Below, one piece after another: positions 51,318-57,902 of a DNA stretch of 64,000 nucleotides; positions within the stretch are counted from its first letter, which is position 1; each line of letters opens with the position of its first letter. The position numbers and the translations under genes are program-made. This DNA is from an uncultured Gemmatimonadales bacterium (GTDB lineage: Bacteria > Gemmatimonadota > Gemmatimonadetes > Gemmatimonadales > GWC2-71-9): positions 928,001 to 992,000 of the forward strand of contig CAVSLV010000001.1 in the NCBI GenBank assembly GCA_963728915.1. The letters run 5' to 3'. The notes beneath the pieces were generated by a model, which searched no databases, was not told the DNA's origin, and saw only the letters and a program-made list of their open reading frames with translations.

Positions 51318-51671
51318 TCACGGCTTCGTTCTGGCTGACATCTGCACGGTAATCTGCACCACGCCGTCTCGTCCTTTCGCACCGAATGCTCTCTCCGCGT
51401 GGCCGGGCTTCACGAACGATAACGATTCGACCTTCACCACGGAGTCTTTCCCGGCTGAGCAAGGGCCCTTGGGCTTCGAGAGACGACCCGCCTCCCGTCC
51501 ATTGACAAGGAGCAATGGCCGGTATCCGTCCAGGACGGCCCGGTTGACGGCGGGTACTGTGAGTGCAACGCATCGGACGGTCGCAACGACATTCTTGGGA
51601 AGCTCCTGGGCAAGGCTGGCGGCCGTGAAGGCAATGAGCGCTGTTGGTGAAAGAACCAGAAGCCTCATCAT
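51318..51671 (-). CDS. Small secreted protein resembling an isolated TonB-dependent receptor plug signature
   Basis: Signal peptide (..AASLA-QE); PLLLVNG...VESLSFVK...AFGAKGRDGVVQIT; ATGA overlap with the upstream gene. Confidence 0.65.
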   Translation of the reverse strand: MMRLLVLSPTALIAFTAASLAQELPKNVVATVRCVALTVPAVNRAVLDGYRPLLLVNGREAGRLSKPKGPCSAGKDSVVKVESLSFVKPGHAERAFGAKGRDGVVQITVQMSARTKP

Positions 51672-52825
51672 CGCCTTTCCCCCCGATGAGTAGCAAGCCA
51701 CGTACATGTCCGAGGATCTATCCGGAATCTACGAACAACGGTCGTAATTCGCGGTCCAACAGCGTACTGATCCAAGACGACGAGCGCCTCACCGCGAAGG
51801 CCGACCTTGGGCTGAGCTTCGCCAGCGATTGGCAGCGGCGCATCCACGCACACCCGACGCCGATCAGCCGTGAGAAGAGAGACGAAGGCTTTGGAGCTGA
51901 TCGTCCGCTTCCCTTCGAGGTTGGAATCCATGTGTACCAGCACAAAATCGCCAGCGGGCCGCCGCCACACTCCGAACAGCGCGGAAGCCATGGCTACGAT
52001 TTCGCCGAACGACGAGCGCCGAAGGCTCATCCGGGCTGAAAAATCTCGCGGTATCCCCCGTCGTCGGATCGATGGAACGAATATAGTATCCAGAGCTGCG
52101 CCGTCCCACCGATGGACAACTAGGGTACTCTCCGCAGCGTAGCCTACAAGCAAGCTATCGGGCCAAGCCACAACCTGAACCATCCCATAGGTCCCGCGCA
52201 CCGCTTCGCTGTTCCGGTAGGCGGCTGGCAACGGAGAAATCGATGACGACAGCGGTACCGCAGGTTCGGGCAGATCTCGTTGCCGAATCGTCCGGAGATC
52301 AAGTGCCATAACGCCAAAGCCGGCTTTGAAGTCGAGGTCTCCGAACCACGCCCTGGCGTCGGCCAACGTTCCGGAAGTCAGGGTTCCCGAGTAGGGGATT
52401 TCCCCCACCGGACGGCCAGAATCGGTTTCGAAGAAGTCGATCCTCCGGTGACCATAACTCTGGATCGCAACCAAACCATTCCACTCAAGGAGGACCTCGC
52501 CCACTCCCCGAAACTCACCCGGCCCCGACCCGGACCGACCAATCACGCGTTCAAGCCGGCCCAGGGAATCGAATCGCAAGACGCGATCGCTGAGCAAATC
52601 GGGTACATATATCCTTTCGCCGCTATCGATGTACAAGCCGCCCGGACGCCCGACATAAGCCGAATCTGTTTCACCAAGGACGACCGTATCTACCAAGACG
52701 AGCTGGGCCGGATCACCAACTCGTGGCGGACTGGCACAGGTCATCGTGAGAAGAGCGATGAGACAACTACCAAAGAGGGGACCACACACCTTGCGCACCA
52801 GGCAACCGGCAGAGGAAGGACCCAA
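51668..52825 (-). CDS. Six-bladed beta-propeller (NHL/DUF5128-like) exported protein, possible lipoprotein
   Basis: Hydrophobic N-terminus ending LTMTC; IYVPD...VLRFD..G...IGRSGSGPGEF signature; start uncertain. Confidence 0.75.
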   Translation of the reverse strand: MGPSSAGCLVRKVCGPLFGSCLIALLTMTCASPPRVGDPAQLVLVDTVVLGETDSAYVGRPGGLYIDSGERIYVPDLLSDRVLRFDSLGRLERVIGRSGSGPGEFRGVGEVLLEWNGLVAIQSYGHRRIDFFETDSGRPVGEIPYSGTLTSGTLADARAWFGDLDFKAGFGVMALDLRTIRQRDLPEPAVPLSSSISPLPAAYRNSEAVRGTYGMVQVVAWPDSLLVGYAAESTLVVHRWDGAALDTIFVPSIRRRGIPRDFSARMSLRRSSFGEIVAMASALFGVWRRPAGDFVLVHMDSNLEGKRTISSKAFVSLLTADRRRVCVDAPLPIAGEAQPKVGLRGEALVVLDQYAVGPRITTVVRRFRIDPRTCTWLATHRGERR

Positions 52826-52864
52826 CGCCCACTTCCCTATTGAACCAGAAGTCTTGACTGGTTT

Positions 52865-53044
52865 CTACGTTGTACAGGTGATACAGGGGCAGTCGTTCCC
52901 GTGAGAGCAGGGATCGGGACAACGCCCAGTCAGCAACACATAGGAGTCCCAGCACTCCAGCTGGGCTTGAGTGAGAGGTGGCGCCGCACTTCCGATCACG
53001 AATGTCGTGATGGCAGGGGCGATCATCTTAGAGGAGATTTTCAT
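52865..53044 (-). CDS. 59-aa secreted six-cysteine peptide precursor (not in ORF track)
   Basis: AGGAG 7 nt upstream of ATG; MKISSKMIAPAITTFVIGSAAPPLTQA-QLECWDSYVLLTGRCPDPCSHGNDCPCITCTT*. Confidence 0.8.
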   Translation of the reverse strand: MKISSKMIAPAITTFVIGSAAPPLTQAQLECWDSYVLLTGRCPDPCSHGNDCPCITCTT

Positions 53045-53102
53045 TTGACCGCTCCTGAGGAAGATTCATGGTCCTGAATGTCACGTGGGCATTGGGTATT
53101 CG

Positions 53103-53591
53103 TTAGGGACTACGAGAGGTTCCGATTCGATATTTGGACAGGAGCCGGTGCTGGGCGGGGTAACCAATAGCCGAATCCACAACGAGACCATTCGTGGCGA
53201 GATAGACACGGGGTGTTGATAGCGGACCCACACCGCCGGATATGACGCCCTTGAACTTGACCCGAAGCGCCAGGATCTGGGATAGCTCGGACCTCTTGGG
53301 AATCCGCGACAAAAAAGCTCGCACTTGATGATTTGGCTTGGCACCCCAGGCAAGCCATTGGCCTAGCGGGCTGCCGCAAGAAAAACAATCGCTCGGATCA
53401 TACAGAAGCAAGGCAACGGTGTCGCGCCCAGCGAGCAAATCAAATACGCTCGCGAAATCCATTCGCCGAAATCCGGTGCCCTCTTGCACAGGTTCTGCAT
53501 CGGTACAGGCAATCGACACGACAAGAAGGCTCGCACCCAAGAGTCGTCGAATGGTCTGTCCCCACTTCCTTCTTTCCACGTCACGATCCAT
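53103..53591 (-). CDS. Lipoprotein with thioredoxin-like CxxC motif
   Basis: Lipobox VSIAC; ALLLYDPSDCFSC; STPRVYL..NG (cis-Pro-like segment). Confidence 0.65.
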   Translation of the reverse strand: MDRDVERRKWGQTIRRLLGASLLVVSIACTDAEPVQEGTGFRRMDFASVFDLLAGRDTVALLLYDPSDCFSCGSPLGQWLAWGAKPNHQVRAFLSRIPKRSELSQILALRVKFKGVISGGVGPLSTPRVYLATNGLVVDSAIGYPAQHRLLSKYRIGTSRSP

Positions 53592-53706
53592 GGTTGATAG
53601 ACGACTCGCAATCCCCATGGCTGCTGCTCCTCCCGACGACAACCAAACCAGCATAGCTCCACTGTGCGACGGGTCCTCAACCTGCGAATGGCACTGAACC
53701 GCGTCA

Positions 53707-53726
53707 AGGTTGGGATTTCCCAACCT
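53707..53726. promoter_or_regulatory. Perfect 9-2-9 inverted repeat, candidate operator
   Basis: AGGTTGGGA-TT-TCCCAACCT in the divergent intergenic region, abutting a minus-strand TTGACG. Confidence 0.6.
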
Positions 53727-53791
53727 CTGGTCCGATCGGCCGGCGAGCATCATATTCCGCTCGGTCGGCCTGAAGCCAACGGACCCTGACG

Positions 53792-54406
53792 ATGACGCGC
53801 ATTCTGGTCGTGGACGACCATCCCAAGATGGTGCTGGCCCTCAGCCGAGAGGCTGAACAAACCCCTGCGACCGTCCATGTGGCATTTGACATTAACGGCG
53901 CCCGTCAAGCCCTCGCTGCGACCAGGTATGATCTCCTCTTCCTGGACCTGGAATTCCGGCACGGGGAGTCCGGCTTCCAGCTCCTTCTCGAACTCACCGG
54001 TACCAGTCCGGAGCTTCCGGTTGTGCTGATCTCGGCCTGGGATGACCAGGCCCTCATCAGGGCCGGCCGCGAATACGGGGCGCGGGGGTTCTGGTCCAAG
54101 TCCTCCAGAACGCATATCGACAAAGTGGCTCGCAGCGTACTGGCAGGAGAAACCTGGTTCGAACACGTCGACCGCCCCGCCGATCACGTCGGCCTTACGC
54201 CCAGGCAGTTCGAAGTGGCACGGCTCGCGATCGCCGGATATCCCGAGAAGCACATCGCGGACTCGATGTGCATCAGCCAGGCCATGGTGGAGCGCCACAT
54301 CCGGAACGCCAGGGAACGACTCAGCGCCAGCACGCTCGGGGAGCTCGGAGCAGCATTTGTCAAGCGCGGACTCCACCTGCTGCCCCCACGAGAGAGAGAG
54401 GAATAG
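53792..54406 (+). CDS. NarL/FixJ (LuxR-type HTH) response regulator
   Basis: RILVVDDHP, LFLDL (phospho-Asp), LTPRQFEV..G...IADSMCIS..VERH. Confidence 0.92.
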   Translation: MTRILVVDDHPKMVLALSREAEQTPATVHVAFDINGARQALAATRYDLLFLDLEFRHGESGFQLLLELTGTSPELPVVLISAWDDQALIRAGREYGARGFWSKSSRTHIDKVARSVLAGETWFEHVDRPADHVGLTPRQFEVARLAIAGYPEKHIADSMCISQAMVERHIRNARERLSASTLGELGAAFVKRGLHLLPPREREE

Positions 54407-54407
54407 C

Positions 54408-54435
54408 AAACGGCCGCCCCGGAGTGGAGCGGCCG
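54408..54435 (-). terminator. Rho-independent terminator candidate between convergent rpmA and the regulator
   Basis: CGGCCGC...GCGGCCG stem followed by TTT on the minus strand. Confidence 0.5.
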
Positions 54436-54451
54436 CATCTCATCCTCACCT

Positions 54452-54487
54452 CTATCCCCTAGCCCCTATCCCCTATTCGCTACTTGC
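54452..54487 (+). repeat. 7-bp tandem repeat (TATCCCC TAGCCCC TATCCCC TATTCGC TACTTGC) overlapping the rpmA 3' end
   Basis: Read directly from the sequence. Confidence 0.7.
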
Positions 54488-54735
54488 GGATAGACCGAAA
54501 TCTTCTGCCGGCCCTTGTCCTTCCACTCGAAGGTGACCACTCCGTCCACCAGCGCGAACAGGGTGTCGTCGTTCGCCCGGCGGACATTGGTTCCGGGATG
54601 CCATTTGGTTCCCCGCTGCCGGGCAATGATGTTTCCCGCCTGGACCCTCTCGCCCCCGAACTTTTTCAGCCCCAGGTATTTGGGGTTGCTGGTGCGCCCG
54701 TTCCGCGAGGATCCTACGCCCTTCTTGTGAGCCAT
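54466..54735 (-). CDS. rpmA: 50S ribosomal protein L27
   Basis: [24 protein letters not shown]. Confidence 0.98.
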   Translation of the reverse strand: MAHKKGVGSSRNGRTSNPKYLGLKKFGGERVQAGNIIARQRGTKWHPGTNVRRANDDTLFALVDGVVTFEWKDKGRQKISVYPQVANRG

Positions 54736-54738
54736 GCG

Positions 54739-55083
54739 TCAGCTCTCCTTGGACTTGGCCGAGCGGGACTCGCCCGCCTTGATCCCGGTGATGCGAACAT
54801 CAGTGAACTTGGCACGATGTCCGGTCTTGCGGCGGATATTCTTGCGCCGCTTGAAGCGGAAGACGTAGATCTTCTCGCCCTTGGCCTCCCCCACGACCTC
54901 GCCGGTCACCGAAGCGCCCTTGATGGTGGGAGTGCCTGCGTGAATCGCATCGCCGTCCGAGGTGAGCAGCACTTCTCCGAACGTGACCTTGGAGCCGGGC
55001 TCCTCTTGCATCCGGGGCACCCTCACCACCTGGCCCTTTTCGACCTTGAACTGCTTCCCCTGGGCTTTGATGATGGCGTACAT
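54739..55083 (-). CDS. rplU: 50S ribosomal protein L21
   Basis: MYAIIKAQGKQFKV, FKRRK..RRKTGHR. Confidence 0.97.
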   Translation of the reverse strand: MYAIIKAQGKQFKVEKGQVVRVPRMQEEPGSKVTFGEVLLTSDGDAIHAGTPTIKGASVTGEVVGEAKGEKIYVFRFKRRKNIRRKTGHRAKFTDVRITGIKAGESRSAKSKES

Positions 55084-55156
55084 GCTGAAATCCAGTGATG
55101 GAATAGAGCCCGTAAACCTAAACAGGCAAACGGGATGAGGCAAGATGGGGTACTAC

Positions 55157-55840
55157 TCAGGAACCGTCGGCGAGTCCGACTTTGGAATGATCGACATATC
55201 TGGAGCGGGCCAGGAATCCAGGGTCCGGATACCAGGCAAAAACGACGGCCCCTCCCTGGAGGAGGTTCACCAGGCGACGGGCACTGCTCATCGGAACCGC
55301 GGGGCACCCCTCGGTCCTGCCGAGGCCGCCATGGGAAGCGCGTTCCGCGTTGACAAAAGGACTCCCATGAAGGACCAGCCCCCGGGCCCGGGCGCGATCG
55401 TTGATCCCGGGCTCGAGCCCATCGAGTCTCAATGAGAGGCCGCGAACCCCCAGGTAGGCGTCGCCGGTCAGAAACACTCCCAGGCTGGACTGGTTGCTCC
55501 CCCATCGGTTGGAAAACCAGGCCGCCCACGTTCCGCCGGATGCCCAGCCATGCGCGACATAGTCATTGGCGACGACACTGTCGGTTCTCGTATCGATTAC
55601 CCAGAGGCGGGGTTCATTGGAGGGAAGCGTGTAATCGATGATCGCGAGCAACGAGCGGGTCGAGAGCCGCTCCGCGCTCACCCTGGCATACGCGGTGTGC
55701 GCCTGAATCCAGGCCTCACTGGACATCCCTTCCGGGGCCGAAGGGCCCTGCTCCGCTCCTGGGGCCGAAACCAGCCGTGGAGGTGCGCACCCGATGGGGG
55801 CCACCAGGATGGCAAGGAGGAGCACGGAGGCGCGAGACAT
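55157..55840 (-). CDS. Murein L,D-transpeptidase catalytic domain (YkuD_2-like) lipoprotein
   Basis: IIDYTLPS..RLWVID, VAHG, FSN..S.QSSLG, LHG..LGRTEGCPA. Confidence 0.88.
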   Translation of the reverse strand: MSRASVLLLAILVAPIGCAPPRLVSAPGAEQGPSAPEGMSSEAWIQAHTAYARVSAERLSTRSLLAIIDYTLPSNEPRLWVIDTRTDSVVANDYVAHGWASGGTWAAWFSNRWGSNQSSLGVFLTGDAYLGVRGLSLRLDGLEPGINDRARARGLVLHGSPFVNAERASHGGLGRTEGCPAVPMSSARRLVNLLQGGAVVFAWYPDPGFLARSRYVDHSKVGLADGS

Positions 55841-55913
55841 ACGGAAACCCGGGGCAAACGATATGCCCGGCTCAAACCCGCCTCACAGCCCGCGGGGCGC
55901 AGCGATTTGCAGG

Positions 55914-57554
55914 TCAGCCTACCGCATATTGCTCGGTTACATCCCGGCCGGACGGCCGGCTCATCAGGCGGAATTCGTCCAGGTGCATCATCGGATCGTC
56001 CCGGGTCTCCAGGCTCACGCCGATGTTCTTCCCGATCGACGCCAGCAGCTTGCCCTCATCCTCCAGGAGATAGAGCGCCACCTCGGGGTGGAGCCGAATG
56101 GTGAGCGCTTTTTCGCGCTTGGCATGTCCGACCCGACGCAGCGAACGCTCCAGTCTTCGGGCCACGACCTCGGAGCGAAATACCCGGCCCGATCCGCTAC
56201 AGGTTGGACACTCGGTGGTCATCGAGGCGTGGAGCGAAGGCCGGATTCGCTGGCGAGTCATCTCGATCATGCCGAGCTCGGACACGGCCATCGCCCGGGT
56301 TCGGGCCCGATCGCGGCCCAGGTGGGTCCGGAGCTCCTGCAGCACCCGGTCCCGGTTCGAGCGGGTTTCCATGTCGATGAAATCGCACACGATGATCCCG
56401 CCCAGATCGCGGAGCCGGAGCTGGCGGGCAATCTCCCGCGCCGCCTCGAGGTTGGTCCGCAGGATGGTTTTCTCGGGGTCCTTCCGCCCGGTGTACCTCC
56501 CGGTATTGACGTCGATGGACACCAGCGCTTCGGTCGGCTGGATCACCAGCGACCCTCCGGTGGGCAGATCCACCCGGGGACGAAAGAGTCCGCTGATCTC
56601 GGCTTCGATCTCGTACTTGTCGAACAGGGGCATCTCGCCCTGGTACAGCTTGACGCGCTCCTTGAGCTCCGGGTCCACGTCATCCAGATAATCGAGGATC
56701 TCCTGCTGAACCTCCTTGTTGTCGACGTTGAGGGCGTCGACCTTGTCGCTGAACACGTCTCGAATGAGGCCCCGTGTCAGGGACGCTTCCCGCTGGAGCA
56801 GGGCCGGTGCCTTGCGGGTATAGAACTGCTTGCGCTTGATCTTCTTCCACTGGTTCAGCAGCGCGGTGATTTCGCGCCGGAAGTGGTCCTCGGTAACGCC
56901 CTCGGCGACCGTGCGGACGATGAGCCCCCCGGACCCTTCCGGCAGCAGACGCGAGACCATCTCGCGCAGGCGGGCGCGCTGTTCGCGATTGTCGATTTTC
57001 CGGCTGATCCCCACCCGGGACGCATAGGGCATGTAGACAAGAAACCGCCCGGGCAGAGAGATCTGCGCGGTGACCCGGCTGCCCTTGGTGCTGATCGGCT
57101 CCTTGGTGACCTGAACCGGCAGGATCTGGCCCTTTTTCAGGAGCTCGCTGATTTCGGGGAGTTTCCGACTGGAGACTTCTCGCTGGCGGAATTCTCCGGA
57201 TGGCCGGTCACCGTTCCCACGCTTCCGGCGGGAGCGATCGGATCCGCGGGGAGAGGCCGCCTCGACGACCTCGACCGGATTGGATTCCTCGGCATCGTCG
57301 TTCTCGCCCGGTTCTTCATCTTCGTCGGGTTCGAGCAGATCCGAGGCATGGAGAAAGGCGCTCTTCTCGTGGCCGATGTCCACGAAGGCCGCCTGAATCC
57401 CGGGAAGGACCGCCTCCACCTTCCCGAGGTAGATGTCTCCGACTATCCGGCGATTGTCGGGCCGATCAACCAGGAGCTCGACAAGCCGGTCGTCCTCCAG
57501 GATGGCAACCCGGGTCTCCCGGGGGCCTCCATTGATCAGAATCTCTCGCTTCAC
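55914..57554 (-). CDS. Rne/Rng family ribonuclease (RNase E/G)
   Basis: S1 domain VLPGIQAAFVDIG, IDVNTG, RLRDLGGIIVCDFIDM, CPTCSGSG. Confidence 0.95.
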   Translation of the reverse strand: MKREILINGGPRETRVAILEDDRLVELLVDRPDNRRIVGDIYLGKVEAVLPGIQAAFVDIGHEKSAFLHASDLLEPDEDEEPGENDDAEESNPVEVVEAASPRGSDRSRRKRGNGDRPSGEFRQREVSSRKLPEISELLKKGQILPVQVTKEPISTKGSRVTAQISLPGRFLVYMPYASRVGISRKIDNREQRARLREMVSRLLPEGSGGLIVRTVAEGVTEDHFRREITALLNQWKKIKRKQFYTRKAPALLQREASLTRGLIRDVFSDKVDALNVDNKEVQQEILDYLDDVDPELKERVKLYQGEMPLFDKYEIEAEISGLFRPRVDLPTGGSLVIQPTEALVSIDVNTGRYTGRKDPEKTILRTNLEAAREIARQLRLRDLGGIIVCDFIDMETRSNRDRVLQELRTHLGRDRARTRAMAVSELGMIEMTRQRIRPSLHASMTTECPTCSGSGRVFRSEVVARRLERSLRRVGHAKREKALTIRLHPEVALYLLEDEGKLLASIGKNIGVSLETRDDPMMHLDEFRLMSRPSGRDVTEQYAVG

Positions 57555-57597
57555 AACACCGTTCCCGGACCATGAGGGGGTCGGACGGTCGGAACAG

Positions 57598-57866
57598 CCA
57601 GGGAACGGGCGCGACGGCGAATGTCTGACTCACGACGATCGAACTCCCCAATGGTCCCCGCCGAACATCAGCTCGGGCAGGTTCCGCTCTGACCTGAGCG
57701 GGTCCTGCCGGAGGCTGCAAAGCGGGGTTGAAACGGGGAATTCGGCTCGAAGAGTGGAGCCGCCCTGGGCATGAAATCCGGACCGATCCGGACGAAATAT
57801 GACGCACCGATGCGCTGACCGGATGCGAAATCGCAATCCGGCTTGCGATCAACCTCAGAGATCGCG
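57598..57866 (-). ncRNA. Putative structured RNA / 5' leader upstream of the Rne/Rng gene
   Basis: Nested complementary segments forming a long bulged hairpin plus three smaller hairpins; no known family recognised. Confidence 0.4.
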
Positions 57867-57902
57867 CTAGCCGCATCCTACAAATGTAGAAAGCACAGCA
57901 GG

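Noticed and set aside
50852..51352. 166-aa ORF as a functional gene or transposase
   Set aside because: Chance read-through of a frameshifted IS3 remnant that lacks most of the DDE domain
52865..53044. Peptide as a lanthipeptide, sactipeptide or thiopeptide precursor
   Set aside because: No LanB/C/M, YcaO or dedicated radical SAM nearby (MoaA is housekeeping and 40 kb away); the leader looks like a Sec signal. Modification in trans is not excluded
52767..53388. Track ORFs 52767..52955 -, 53081..53353 - and 53110..53388 -
   Set aside because: They overlap the better-supported peptide and CxxC genes in other frames and lack an RBS or motifs
57555..57900. RNase P RNA, tmRNA, SRP or a known riboswitch
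   Set aside because: Signature sequences not found by eye; kept only as an unassigned structured element
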